Assembly: GCA_965649825.1 (NCBI GenBank)
Contig: OZ287698.1
Location: 325,949 to 389,948 of the forward strand
Origin: Penicillus capitatus
Taxonomy: Eukaryota; Plantae; Chlorophyta
Direction: 5' to 3'
Length of the DNA: 64,000 nucleotides
Every line of letters starts with the position of its first letter. Within the stretch, counting starts at the first letter, position 1. Positions 1 to 13,117 of this stretch are shown in pieces. The position numbers and the translations under genes are program-made. The notes under the pieces were generated by a model that was not told the DNA's origin, made no database searches, and saw nothing but the letters and a program-made list of their open reading frames with translations.

Positions 1-591
1 GAGAAATGTGTGATGTCAACGTCGATGATCATCGCAGTGTTGTTGAATGGAACTGCTGGACCGATAGATGCCGATCGGATGGTCAGATCGTTGGCAAAGG
101 ACGTCTGTTGCACGAGCGTTTGCAGCAGATGTGCACCCAGGACTGAACGGCAATCGTTTCCTTCATCCAAAAACAGAATCTGCGCCGTCTCGGTTCCCCT
201 CTGCTTTCGTCTTTCTTCCGCAGCGTATGGTGACATTCGGAACACAGGAGCCACGGCACCTCCTCCATATCCTTCATCCTTTAGAAACGGTGCCTGCGTG
301 GAGTCACGTCTCAAACACCGCAGCCAGGGGACAGGGATAGACATGTGGGATCTCGGCAGGTTCTGTCATGGCAGACGGCTCGGCGGCGATCGTATCGCGA
401 ATGGGAACAGGGAATCCGGTCGTGAAATCGATCTGCGCGTGTTGTGTATGGTTACAGATCAGCACATCAGAAACGTGACCTCTGAGATTCTTGCCCGCCC
501 TTGCGTAGTTGGCCGCGAAAGTGTTGGTTCGTTCGGTTCGCATTCGGCACAGCGTTGTACGCTGTATCTTTCTCGTCGCCCTCGTTGCCAT
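1..591 (-). CDS. Low-molecular-weight protein-tyrosine-phosphatase-like protein, probably catalytically inactive; 3' end runs off the window
   Basis: The spliced frame reads APFLKDEGYGGG...ILFLDEGNDCRSVLGAHLLQTLVQQTSFANDLTIRSASIG, resembling the LMW-PTP VLFVCLGNICRS...IDSAG pattern. The start could be ATG 591 or 369. Confidence 0.6.
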
Positions 592-668
592 GCCCAATGC
601 GTCCACACGCGCGTCGACTGCATCTCCGGCAGATTGGTCGTGATGTGACGTCCATATGCTCCGAAAAG

Positions 669-2376
669 ATGGCGGCGTCCCGATCGTTGCTGCTTCTACA
701 CTTCAACGACGTCTACAACATCGAATCCGCGACGTCTGAACCTGTCGGCGGCGCTGCGCGTCTGGCGACTCTGGTGAACGTCCCAACGATAAGTGCATTG
801 ATATCGGCATGCCTATGATAGATTCGGCGTTATCACGAAGAGAATCCACTCGTTCTGTTCAGTGGAGATTGTCTGAGTCCATCTCTCATGTCGACGATGA
901 CACGAGGGAAACAGATGGTTCCGATTTTGAACGCCATGGGTATCCAGGCTGCATGTCTGGGCAATCACGATCTCGATTTTGGGATCGACTACTTCGCCTC
1001 CCTATTGAAGGAATGGAATTTCGTTTGGCTTGTCGCCAATGCGTTCGACAAACACACAGGTCACGAAATGCATCGCCCTTGACGCCACCAGCTCACCGAT
1101 TACGTCAGGTTTGTTGCTGGGAGGCCTCCAGGGGACGCGTGTCATGGAGTGGGATGGTGTAAAGATCGGCGTGATGGGACTGGTCGAGGAGGAGTGGCTG
1201 AAGACGCTGGCGACACTCGAACCAGATGATATCATCTACATCGACTTTGTGGAATGCGCACAGAAATGCTGCACAGAGTTGAAGGCGCAGGGGGTGGCAC
1301 TGATCGTGGCACTGACCCACATGCGTCAGCTGAACGACGCCCTGCTGCTTAATGCTGTTCCGGAGATCGATCTGATCTTGGGCGGTCACGATCATTTCTA
1401 TCACGCCGAGCGTCATCCGGATCACGGGAATCTACTGATCAAATCGGGGACCGATTTCCGCGATCTTACCAAAATTCGGATCGAGCTGAACGCGGACGGG
1501 ACAAAGAACTATGAATGGGAGCATCTCTTCGTGACGAGCGCCATCGAAGAAGATCCGATCGTCAAAGAGATCATCGCCGAGTTCGTCGACGTTTCGAGCC
1601 ATTCGTTAAGTGACGTGATTGGACATTCTGTTTCGGAGCTCGATGGGCGTTTCGATGCCATTCGCAGTCGAGAGACCAATCTGGGCAACTTCATCTGCGA
1701 TGTCATCCGCGAGGCTGCTCGCAGCGACATCTGTTTCATCAATTCCGGCACGTTTCGATCGAATCGCCTCCACGCGCCGGGGCCCATCACCAAACGCGAT
1801 CTGCTCGACATTCTGCCGATGATCGACGAAACGGTGGTGCTGCGTCTCAAAGGATCCACCATTCTCGAAGCACTGGAAAACAGCGTGGCCCTCTATCCGA
1901 AGCACGAAGGACGATTCCTCCAAGTCTCCGGTCTGCGTTTCGTCTTCGACCCTTCGCAGCCGTCCCATCATCGAATCCTCAACACATCTGTTTATCTCAC
2001 CGATTCCGGATCGCCGTTAGATCCCGAACAGGACTACCGTGTCTGCACCAAAGCCTATCTCTTCTTAGGGAAAGATGGATATGACATGCTAAGAGATCAA
2101 CACGTTTTACAAGACAGCGAAACAGCACCGGTGTTGCCTCTGTACATTCGCTGGCATTTTATGAAGCTCGATGTCTTGACATCCTGGAAGCAAGAGGTGG
2201 CTGGTGTGAAAGAAGGCATCAAACGTTTTGCCCATCGCTGGCGTCGCATCTTGGCCGATCCATCCGATCAAGAAAACCCAAACCGTTCCTGGACAGCTCT
2301 TTTCGATCAAGACCGCCTCAGCTATGTCATCGCACCCTGTCTCGAAAACCGTATTGTCTCGTTGCACAACGCTTGA
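669..2376 (+). CDS. 5'-nucleotidase / bifunctional metallophosphoesterase family protein (two short 5' introns)
   Basis: Motifs LLHFNDVYNI, GNHDLDFG, ALTH and GGHDH, then a C-terminal 5'-nucleotidase domain (RSRETNLGNF, INSGTFR, GRFLQVSG). Confidence 0.9.
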
Positions 2377-2377
2377 G

Positions 2378-3139
2378 TCATTTCTTAAGCTTGTCGCTCT
2401 TTGGACGGAGTTTGTTGAGAACAGGCGCCTCTTGGTAATGCTCATCATTCAGCAGCTCCCAGAACACACCCTTCGGCCGTTGGCGCATCGGTTGAGTGGC
2501 GTACGATTTCCATGGCGTCAAAATGAAGTCGACCGGGACATCGAACGCCTCCATTTGATGTGACGTGAGATCCATGACCTGCAGAGGATGCACCACTGTC
2601 ACGATCGTCGTCGACTCGCGAATGGCGCCGATCTCTGTCAGAATGGCACATTCCAGATCGCTTCCCATTCCGTGTTTGCCTTTTCCCACGCCAAGACGTT
2701 CGCCGCTCTGCGGATCGACCGCCAGCGATGGCACCACCACCAGATCCAAAGGCACTGGGTTTCTCAGCGGCACAACCGTCGCCATGGCATCCGCAGCATC
2801 TCGTAAGCGCGCCACATCACGTGTTCTGTAATGAAAAGGGATCTCGCGTTCAGAGATCGTCGCATACACGGCATTGGGTTGATCGAAGCAGGTCCATGCG
2901 AGGCTCTTGCCCAGATCGAGTACGAGATTGCGCAGCGATGTCTCGCGCACTGTGCGTTCGACTTTGACGACCTTCGCCTCGGCGAATTCCGACAGCGATG
3001 TCAGTCGATGCAGCGCAAAAGGTAACTCTTTAAAGAAGGGCAGTCGCCCGTAGAACGGCGGCCGCATGAATGTATGAACGGTTGTCTCTTCCATGGCCGT
3101 CCACACCCGCTGCCGCACTCGTCCTTTCCACGATGCCAT
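2378..3139 (-). CDS. 5-formyltetrahydrofolate cyclo-ligase-like protein (COG0212/MTHFSD-like)
   Basis: DLVVVPSLAVDPQSGERLGVGKG, TTIVTVVHPLQV and DVPVDFILTP. The likely ATG is 3139 (MASWKGRVRQRVW). Confidence 0.8.
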   Translation of the reverse strand: MASWKGRVRQRVWTAMEETTVHTFMRPPFYGRLPFFKELPFALHRLTSLSEFAEAKVVKVERTVRETSLRNLVLDLGKSLAWTCFDQPNAVYATISEREIPFHYRTRDVARLRDAADAMATVVPLRNPVPLDLVVVPSLAVDPQSGERLGVGKGKHGMGSDLECAILTEIGAIRESTTIVTVVHPLQVMDLTSHQMEAFDVPVDFILTPWKSYATQPMRQRPKGVFWELLNDEHYQEAPVLNKLRPKSDKLKK

Positions 3140-3318
3140 TTCGTTCGATACATTCCATCTGCCGTTTGAATTTGACCAACCCCGCAACGGGAGACGCGCA
3201 GGCTGTTTTGTCTCGGTCCTCACAGCAAACAACTTTTTTCAAGCGCGGTGCCCGTGCCGTCACGCATTTTGGTGCGTTTCTTCGCTGAGGGTGCGCGTTT
3301 GTCCGCTGCTAAACGAGC

Positions 3319-4299
3319 ATGAATTCCACGAACCCTCTCGTCTCGCCATCGTCGCCGTCGAACAAAGCAACGCGACAAAAAGAGTCGATGATCGCCCATG
3401 TGCCGACCGTCGTCGACGCCGAAGCCGAAGAGGAGCCCTTCGTCTTTTCCCCACGCATTTCTGACGACGGCTCAGCGGCGGGACCCAATCCAACCCGTCA
3501 CCGTCGTCGTCGCAAACTCATGCGTAATTTGCGCTCCGTCTTCTGCTGCCTGTCTCCACACGCTTCTCGACGTCGAGGTAAAGCGGAAGAAAATGGCTTC
3601 GCATCTGGTCACAGCAACGGAGCCCTCTCTCCCACTGTCCACCCTTCCGATGAACGTATGGAGTTCATCATCGGTCAACAAACACAAGAAGACAAACAGA
3701 AAAAAACACTTGTGTTAGATTTGGATGAAACACTCGTTCACTCTTCATTTAATCAAGTCCTCAATGCAGATTACGTTATACCGGTCGACATCGACGGGAA
3801 ACTGGTGGATGTGTATGTGCAGAAACGACCTGGTCTGGATTACTTTCTTCAACAAGTCTGTCCGACATTTGAAGTCGTGATCTTTACGGCGAGTCTGAGC
3901 AAGTATGCCAACCCTCTGCTGGATTTGCTGGATCCTGAGGAACAAGTGCGATGGAGACTCTTCCGTGAGGCATGCAGTACGCACAGGGGGACGTATGTCA
4001 AAGATCTGTGCCGTCTGGGTCGTGAGCTCTCGCACACGGTCATCATTGATAACTCCCCTCTCTCTTATGTCTTCCAACCGGGCAATGCCCTACCAATTAC
4101 AGCTTATTTGGGCGATCCAAATGATGATGCACTTTACCGTCTCCTTCCCGTTCTGGACGAACTTTCCAAGACAGATGATGTACGCGAATGTATCAAGAGA
4201 CTATTGGGCGAAGGCCATGCGATTCTTTCGGCCGCAGGGGAGGATGTGGCCGTGTCGATCGATGATCTCGAAAACAGGATCACGTCATCTTTCCCCTGA
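3319..4299 (+). CDS. SCP1/CTDSP-like small CTD phosphatase (NIF/FCP1 HAD domain), intronless
   Basis: KKTLVLDLDETLVHSS (DxDxT motif), KRPG, VVIFTAS, YVKDL and IIIDNSP-like motifs in a single 326-aa ORF. Confidence 0.92.
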   Translation: MNSTNPLVSPSSPSNKATRQKESMIAHVPTVVDAEAEEEPFVFSPRISDDGSAAGPNPTRHRRRRKLMRNLRSVFCCLSPHASRRRGKAEENGFASGHSNGALSPTVHPSDERMEFIIGQQTQEDKQKKTLVLDLDETLVHSSFNQVLNADYVIPVDIDGKLVDVYVQKRPGLDYFLQQVCPTFEVVIFTASLSKYANPLLDLLDPEEQVRWRLFREACSTHRGTYVKDLCRLGRELSHTVIIDNSPLSYVFQPGNALPITAYLGDPNDDALYRLLPVLDELSKTDDVRECIKRLLGEGHAILSAAGEDVAVSIDDLENRITSSFP

Positions 4300-4726
4300 T
4301 CTTGTCTGTCCGTCTCTTCATCGAACAGACACACACATAAAACGATGTACGCGTTCAATGCAGCGACAGCAACCGCATATGTGGTTTAATGATTCCTCAT
4401 CATTACTGGTCTGCTGATCACGAAATGTCTTGCTGCACAGATGGGTGTTTGGTTAATTGTTCGTTCTCATATTAATAATGTCTTTTCTACCTTCTTTACT
4501 GATGTGTATACACTTCAAACACGCAACAGCAATATGGGATCATCATTTTGCACGTCCGACCTGTGGTTTGACCCTCGACAGTAGATGAGAGACATCCGTC
4601 CGATCTGTCACCCTGAGTCACATAGAGTCTCTGGTGTAAAACGTCAAGTTCTGCATGTCCGTCACATCTGTCACATCAACGAAGCTATCTCGTGTCGCTC
4701 TCACGTTGCATGTGCACGTCGAGGAG

Positions 4727-7416
4727 ATGGAGCATCTGAAGGTCCGCATCCAGAACAACAAGTTCGACGTCTCGGCATGGGAACAGCTGGCGGGATTGAT
4801 ACGGACTTCGCATCATGCGTTTAAAGAAGTCCAGGAAGTCTTCGAGCAACTCCTTGCCGTTTTCCCGTCAGCGGTAAGGCGCTGCTGTTCGTTTGGGAGG
4901 TTCCGTCGTTGTGGTGTCCAGTCCGGGCAGTGGAAGGCCTATGCCGAAGCGGCAATGCTGGCGAACGAACAAACGGCCGCGAAAACGATCTTCAGTCGCT
5001 GTCTTCTCGCCTACCCCAACGTTGAACTCTGGAACACGTACCTGCGATTCATACGCAACGTTGCGCGTGCTTGGCGGCGACGAAGCCGACTAAGAGGGCG
5101 TCTATAGATCAATCAGTCTAAGGGAGCGGAGAGTGTGATCGAAACGCGTCGAGCCTTCGAGTTCACACTAGAAAGAATTGGACAGGATCTCAACTCAGGG
5201 TCGCTATGGCAAGAGTACCTGACGTTTCTCCAGACGCCAAAGCCCGGGACACCCGTATACAAGGCGCTCTTTTCCGAAGAGGGAGCAGCGATTGGACAGG
5301 AGGAGTCGCATCGCATCGTCATCATCAGGTCGGTTAAAAAAGTGTGACCGGCAAAGGAGTGAGATGAGGTGTGTAGGAAGACGTATCAAAGAGCGGTCGT
5401 GGTACCGACAGCTCATGTGGATGCACTGTGGAAGGCTTACGAGAGCTTCGAGAAGGCAGGGGCGAATCGTATGTTGAGTCGGAAGCTTCTCGAAGATTTT
5501 CGGCCACGATACCTCGCCGCCAAGCGCATCTTTCAGGAACGGAATCGGCGTTTTGAAGATATCAAACTCACGACACTTGCGCTGCCGCCCGGTTGGTCTC
5601 ACACTTTTGGCGAAGGATGTGTGACGGGGTCACACTTATTAGATCATGCCGGTGCGGTGTTCATGGAGCAATATCAGCTATGGATGCAGTACCTGACCTA
5701 CGAAAAGAGTAATCCACAGAGAATCGAAACGCCAAGCTTTACGGCACGTGTGAGTCTGGCTTATGACCAGGCCCTACAATGCCTCTATCATTTTCCAGAG
5801 GTTTGCCTCCCTTTCTTCCGGCCACTGTGTGCGAAAGGCTTGCCGATAGGTCTGGGTCGATTACGCCCGATTTCATCTGCATGGAGGCGGCGGCGGTCCC
5901 GCTTCCGCTGTTGCCGTCCTGGAACGGGCGAAATCTGTAACACCCGACACGTCGTTCGATCCCTCTCTCAACGCAACCCGTGTTCTGTTCCGTAGTGTCT
6001 GCCGTCGTGCGTCCTGCTGCATTTCATGTTGGCAGACGTGGAAGAGAGTCAAGGAAACAAAGAGAAGGCGAAAGGCATCTACGACGCCCTGGTCGAATCG
6101 CTGGATCGTGGCAGCACAGATACTACCAGTCCCTTCTCTGGCCGAGTCACCGATGCCCTCTCAGCATTGGTATGGATCACGTATATGCGCTTTCTGCGCC
6201 GTGCCTTTTCGATCAAGGCCTCTCGCGAAGTAAACGCCGTGCCCTTCTGTCGCCATTTTTGTTCGTTAAGTGTTGTCTGTGTAGATGTTTGTCGGTGTGA
6301 CCAAGTCTTCCAACTGTCCCTGGCAAGTGTACATCGAAGCTGCCATGCTGGAATTGCGTTCTAAGGAACAGCAGGCGACTGTAAGAATCTTTGAAAGGGG
6401 GATGTTGCAGTTTCTTGGCTGTCCTGAATTTGTCCTTGAATATGTAAACTTCTTATTAGGTCTCCTCCTTCCTCTCTCCTCCCTCCATCGTCATGCGCTG
6501 CTTTTGGATACAGGCATTGGCGATATTGATAACACCAGAGCTGTGTTTGAACGCGCTCTGAGCGTGGAAACGGGCAAACAAAGTGAACGGTTATGGAATA
6601 AGTATATCAGCTGTCTCTATGAGATCGGAGATCTGGCAGCAGCAAAGGACGTGGAAGCACGTAAACGAGCAGCCATGGGAGACACAACGGTCAATGATAT
6701 GCAGACGATGATGGCCCGTTACAAGATCTGGGACATCTGGCCCTTTGCCGATGCCGGACACATCGAGCACTGCAAAACGATGATGGGCATCCAACCTGCA
6801 CGTCCATCATCCCTTCCTGTCATCACCCCGCCAGGTATCTGCTCAGTTCAGCGATGGTCTCGATGAGAGTCCATGCATTTTAGCAGCAACAGCAGCAACG
6901 GGACATGCACGACCAGATTTGGAGGTCTTTAAGATTCCGTCGTTTTTGAGCGGGTTCATGAATCGCTTGCCTCAGTTTGAAGGCACAGAAGGACCTGTGC
7001 CCGATCCCCAACGCCCCCTCAATGCACTGCTCAAGACCGATCTCTCTCCAGCCGCCATTCAGACACGCTGTTCAACAAAGCTCCCTTCCATTCGCATCAC
7101 CGCCCCCACCGCCGCCGCCGCCGCCACGAGCAACGTCCTCCCTCTGACGGGTCTCCTTCACCAGAACGGCATCTTTGGCTCAGGAACAATTGTAGGGAGC
7201 GATGCATCGAATGCCAGAAAGAGAGATTACGAAGAAGTGTCGCCCGTTGCCGCCGCAGCTGCTGAGAGTGTGTCTATGGATCCTTATCGATATCGGATGC
7301 GCCGTAAGATGGTGTCGGCTGCTGATCCTTTTCCTTCTTCTGGCCTGGCTGTGCAAACCAACCACAACAACACTGTAGACGTGCAATCTTCCTTTGCTCC
7401 GAACCCCCCTTTGTAA
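4727..7416 (+). CDS. CSTF77: Cleavage stimulation factor 77 kDa subunit (Suppressor of forked, HAT repeats), multi-exon
   Basis: HAT-repeat exons: FEQLLAVFPSA, PNVELWNTYLRFIR, AFEFTLERIG.D..SG.LWQEYL.FL, YQRAVVVPT and YEKSNPQR. Confidence 0.88.
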
Positions 7417-8185
7417 CGTGCATCGCAGGCGTTTTGAATTTTAATCCCGTTTTACAGTGACGTGCACCGTCCTTGTTCTCCCTCCGTGCTCGTGGGCAAC
7501 AAACACCCAATAGACCACTACCCTTATTGAACTAACAACCAACCGGTCACCAAAAGAGCAGGATTCCCAACTTGACATCTCAGGCAACATGGCATTTCTC
7601 CAGCAATGAGAAACGCACATATGGCTTGGAAACCAAGGGCAAAGCGCCACACAAAAGATCAAGGACCCACGAGCCATCCATCTCCCTTCCAGCCAGTCAC
7701 AAAGAGGTTGTTCGATGCATGTCCTGTTCAGTCGACGAACCCACGGTCCATGACATGTCCAGCAAAATTTTGGCAAAACAGTGTTGCAATCGATCTGTCA
7801 AGAAGTGTGTGCGTGTGTATGTGCGTCAGACATCCGTAATGATGGAGGAATGAAAGAGCCGTTAAGGGTCACAGACTTTTCAGCGACATCCCGTTCAGTG
7901 CATCACAGGATAAACGCAGAAATGACTGAGAAGCGTCAAAGGGTCGAGAAATAACAGTGCTTCTCACAGTTCTGTGGCACGAGGTCTGCTAGATAGCAAC
8001 AAGGACCCGTAGAAACGGACAAAATCCTACACTAGGCAATATCAGGTGCCAACGACATTGCGGTTTCGAAGTAAAAACAATTTCTGAGGTAAGAAGAAAA
8101 AAGTGACTGGGTGCGTCTGTTCGTCGATCGTTCGGTATGTAAAGAGTTTTCATCATGGATCCTTTACCCCACCACCATCGCTGGG

Positions 8186-9431
8186 TCAAGGTCGAGGTGA
8201 TGCATCCGTACGTTTGGTGTGGATTGAGATCGTCATATCATCCAATTGTGCATCGATCATCATTTCTAATAACTCCAACAGCGATCCTCCTACAGCCACA
8301 CGGTATGACGGATAGGTGAGACCATGAAAGGACGGCAGACGTACATCGCTGCACAGGCCTTCCGATAAACTACTGTCATCGTTATCGACTTCATCCCTCG
8401 TGCGATTATTGGCGCCAGATGAAAGGGAACCAGCGGGGCTCGTCGCCAAAAAACCATTCATGGCCCCTTCCTATGATACCATACGTCGCTGAGGACGATG
8501 AAGGACATGCGACGGGAGGCGGACCTTGATGATCGGTGTGGTCGGAAAAAAAGAATAGGCAGGATAGACTCCAGGAGCTACGGGCGGTACGGGAGACGGC
8601 AGAACGGGCGGTACAAACCACCCGGGCATCGGCAACGTCGTCATCCCCGTTGTCGTCGGCGAGGGCGCCGTCCAGCCGTGATATCCAGGACTGGCCACGA
8701 TGGAGGGCATCGGTGACGTGACGACCATGTTAAAACGCTCCGGTGGGCAGCGAGGACGACTGCGCGAAAGAACAGGATGATGAAACTTGCACGTCGCGCC
8801 AAAACCGCACACGCCGTGCTTCATATAGAACGGACAGCTCTTTTCCCCTATCCATCAAAAAACCGTTGACGCAGCGCCCATCATGTTCGTTGTTACCTTT
8901 GCGCACTGGATAGCCCTCGCTGTTGAGCGTCGGGGGTTTCTGGTTTGGCGGGTGGTAGTACTTGCACCTACGGACCAGACATCTTGCTCAGTAATGTATG
9001 TTCGTGCGTTTGCATGCAACGAGGCACCTGTTTCCAAAGGCGCAGGTTCCTGTGCGGAGATAAAACTGACAAGGCAACTTGCCATTTTCGACAGACTGCC
9101 CGTCGCCGTTGTCTTTGCGCGATGGAGGTGTCTTGGACGGCGAAGTGTCATCTCCAGATGTACAAAAGGAACACGTCGTCGCCGTCGGCACTGAATAGAA
9201 CGATGTGGCCGAATGGAACCTCCCGGTGGCAAGGCCCGAGGCGCTTGGACGGGTCGGCGGAACGACTAGCGGTGGATGTTCCGTTGAAAACGACCGATAC
9301 GGAACCACTTCGGTGGTCGAGCAAAAACTCGCAGGCGAATAGGACAACGGATTAGCCGCAGCTCCGTAAGAGGGAGGGTAGTATGGGAGGCAGTTTGCGA
9401 AATATACAGACGGCGCCGGCATTGGCATCAT
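8186..9431 (-). CDS. Tandem CCCH zinc-finger protein (plant ZFN-like)
   Basis: Two C-x8-C-x5-C-x3-H fingers after splicing: CQFYLRTGTCAFGNRCKYYH and CPFYMKHGVCGFGATCKFHH. The 3' end is approximate. Confidence 0.8.
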
Positions 9432-9977
9432 GATTCCCTAGAAACAAAGAAACTTGAAAAAGCGGTTACGACGTGAAAAACCCAATCATCAAAAAACGGG
9501 CGCGAATGGCGAGTCCCGTCGCGGGTGCGTGCAAGTAAAGGCATCCGACGTCGTGCAAGATGCGTTGGCAAGAAAGCAAGGAAAAGCGCAATACCCTTGC
9601 ACGCAAGTGGAAGGTCAGGATTTAAGGTGGTTGCTTGACTCGGTGGAAGACCGAAGGGTAGAAACTCGCTCCAAAGACGGCGTTGCAAAAAGCAAAGTGA
9701 AAAATGGACGCAGCATGGGGTTTTATAGTCCTCCGGGGCCTCGGGATCCTCTCTGATGTCAGAATTCTTCCCGGGAAAGATACGATTTCTGCCGAGATGT
9801 GTCACGCCGTGCAAGTAAATTCGCGATCCGCGCTTTTTTGACACGGAAGAGGTTGCCGTCACATCATGATCAACTCCACGCACGGTGCTGTGACACATTC
9901 GCGCTCTATGCATTGAACCGCAGGGCCTTATCGTACAGGCACCGTGCGACATTGACTCATTTGCTGAGGCGAAGACG

Positions 9978-11050
9978 ATGGAGACCGACCCGATGCGTCA
10001 AGCGACTCCCGAAGATCGTAGCTCCACAGACCCCGCAACGTAGTGCTCAGCCGGACGCATGGAAGGCTAAGATGCGTGTCCAGGAGTGCGGAATTTTTGG
10101 ACCCGGCGAGCAAGGCGACGACAGAAGATTCGCGTGAAATCAAAGTGAGGTCACGGCAAAGGGAGCAACATTCAATCAGCGCTGTGCTGTAGGAACGTTT
10201 GTTGCAGATGATGTCTGCCAATGGAGTGACCTACCGTGAGAGTCTCGTCAAAGAACGCGGAACAGGCGATTGGCAGAACTACGTCCCACCGAGTGCCGTA
10301 CTCGATGCCATTCGGCAGTCGACAGACGCAGAGACCAAGCGACAAGACAGTCGAGATGAGCAATGCGATGTGATGACGGTACAGGAAGAGACAGATCAGA
10401 CTGTGAAAGGAAAACAGTCACCGCCGACCAAACGCAGCCCGCCATCCGGCGCCGTTCCCCACACGAGTAGCCAACCCGATGCCAAGCGGAGTCGACAGGA
10501 GGGACCTTTGCCAGAGGGATGGTACGAAGGGTTTGATCCGCACTATCAGCATCGATACTATTATAACTCCCAGACGGGAGAGAGCTCCTGGACGCGACCA
10601 CCGGAAGGCACGTCTCTGCCTCCGAACTGGTATCAAGGCGTCGACCCTGCTTCCGGTCAGCAGTACTACTACAATGTCCTCGAAGGCGTGACCCAATGGG
10701 AACCCCCATCGCATCCGTCGGGCTTCTACCCCTGTGCGCAGTTCTGTGGAGCCCGTGCAGGAATGGTGTTCAAGATGGGCGATAGTGGTCTTGGTTACTA
10801 TCGCGATCAGCCTCCGCCCGTCGCCGCGCCTCGTCCGCAACGAAGGCGTCAAAGGAAAACCGTTGAGGCATTGGATCCGATGGATCCCGCTGCCTACTCA
10901 GACGCCCCTCAAGGAGATTGGAATTCCGGATTGAGTGGACCCCAGCCCAAAGCGGCAGACACGACTGCCGGCGGTCCATTGTTTCAGCAGCGACCTTACC
11001 CTTCACCTGGATCAGTGCTGCAAGCCAATCGCAAACGTACCACGAGATAG
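9978..11050 (+). CDS. PQBP1: Polyglutamine-binding protein 1-like WW-domain splicing factor
   Basis: Two WW domains (LPEGWYEG...YYYN...SSWTRP and LPPNWYQG...YYYN...TQWEPP) and the PQBP1 C-terminus [13 protein letters not shown]...[20 protein letters not shown]. The start is approximate. Confidence 0.88.
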
Positions 11051-11092
11051 TGATGTGACGTCTTACCATTTTTCATTTACCCTCCGGCGCTC

Positions 11093-12872
11093 ATGGCCTC
11101 CCAAACTGGCGTCGTGGCTGGACTCGTGAACTTTGGAAACACGTGTTACGCCAACGCCTTGCTTCAAGTTCAGTCGCGTCACCTTCGTCCGACGGCGACA
11201 TTTCGTTTTCTAGGCATTGGCGAGTTGCGAAGCGTACTATGAGTACACGCAGTTCATATATAAGACCTTTCCAATTCCTCTCGAACTCGCCAATGCGACG
11301 CAGCACTCGGAGAAATGGAGAGCCAATTTGCCGCTCTCTCGCGCAGTGGCCTGTTGCCTTGAACGGCTACAACCGAGTTACCACACAGCGCCACCCCTCG
11401 CCAGGTATGCCGCCTCTATGAATTTCGTCACAGACCAAATGCGTTGGTGCGTTCGTTCAGCGCTTTGGAAGTCCTGCATACCATTGGTCAACACGACCGT
11501 CGCCTCTTCAACGGATTCGGAGATCAACAGGATGTGGGAGAAGTACTAGACGTAAGCGGTTTGCATTTCCTCACCCCCTCTCACGCTGTTCTTTCTGCAG
11601 TGCATTCTAAATGCCAGTCGTACAGAGTTGCATGCGTGGGGGCAAAAATACCTCCAGGGAGTGCATGCATGGAAGTTGATCGAGGATCCGTCTGATGAAT
11701 ACTCGCCTCGAATGATACGCAATACCTGTGACGGTCTACGTTCAGTCGTGCCGTCCGAAATGCATGCCTTCACGATTCATCAGATTCAATCATTCGGTGG
11801 GTTTGATGGACTCTTGGCCCATCGGTTGGAGTGCTGTCGTTGCAGCCATCACTTTGATGTCCAGCTCAATCCCTTCACCTCCCTTATGTTACCGATCTCC
11901 AATGTCCAGGCAGATTTTCATGAGTTTACAGTGGATGATGGTGTGACACTGGAATCGTGTCTCCGTGATTTTTTCCAGACAAAGAGACAAGGACCCATTC
12001 GCTGTCCCAAGTGCTCTTTTCATTGCACCCTGTCCAGCTGGACGGATCAAGCTCGTTCATCGAGTGCAGAACGCATTTCTGGAAGCTCAACGTCGCCGTC
12101 CACCACAGACGAAGAAATAAACAACTGTCATAGGAATCACCGTGGACTCAGTCACCTGTTGCTCAAGGAAGACAAGCGACAGGAGACGCCCACAAGTGGC
12201 GTGGTGTACCGATGTTGTGCTTCCTTTGATTATAAAGAGTTTCAGAATAACACGATTAAACCATCCAAACCTGATGCAGACAACAAAGAAGCAATGGTGA
12301 AACAAATACTGTCATTAGCCAACAATGCACGCTTCAATGAAGCGATGATCCATACCTGTGCAAAAAAGCTTCAAGAAATAGATATTCCATGGACTGAAGC
12401 TGATAGTCATGTTCATGCTACGACATCTATCGCCAAAAGCCCAAAAGTGTGACGGTCACTCTTTGGCAGGCTGAATTTGAGTGAGATGTGATTCTAGGTG
12501 CTGGCGATATCCCTGCAACGTAAGATCTTTGATGGGACGATGTATCGCAAGATTCAAGGCCGTGTGCGTTATCCCATGAGGCTGAACCTTGCTTCCTTCA
12601 TGCCCTTCCGCAGCGTCCACGGAACGCATTACATCCTCAGGGCTGTTCTTGTGCACCATGGAAACGAAGACAGTGGCCACTATCTCACTGTGCGTTCCAT
12701 TCCCTCCCCAGGCAGACGTTCATACCAGTGGATGCTAACATCCGACGACAAAGTCTATCCCGTAACTGAGAATGCTGTTCTGGGATTGGAGGCCTCTATG
12801 CTGTTCTACGAGAGAAGCACTGCGGAGGATCTAGGTACAGGCACTGACGCATCGTGTTTTATTGATCTCTAA
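11093..12872 (+). CDS. Ubiquitin-specific protease, USP30/UBP27-like
   Basis: Cys box GLVNFGNTCYANALLQ and His box HHGNEDSGHY, with multiple short introns. Confidence 0.85.
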
Positions 12873-13117
12873 TACCCTGCTACGACCCGAGACGGGGGTG
12901 ATCTGCATCGATGGAGCGTGAGAAGATGATAGTAGCTGTTTCTTTTAACTGGTGTAGCAGTGCCATTCTGCGGCATCTGGTATTTTATTTTTGCCCCACT
13001 TTGCACAAACACTGAACATAATTGAAATCAGTCATCACAAACAACATAGGAAAAACTGATTGCACAAATGACGTGTTATTGCGGATTCTATTCTTAGATG
13101 GGCAAGGGGCTGTTCGT

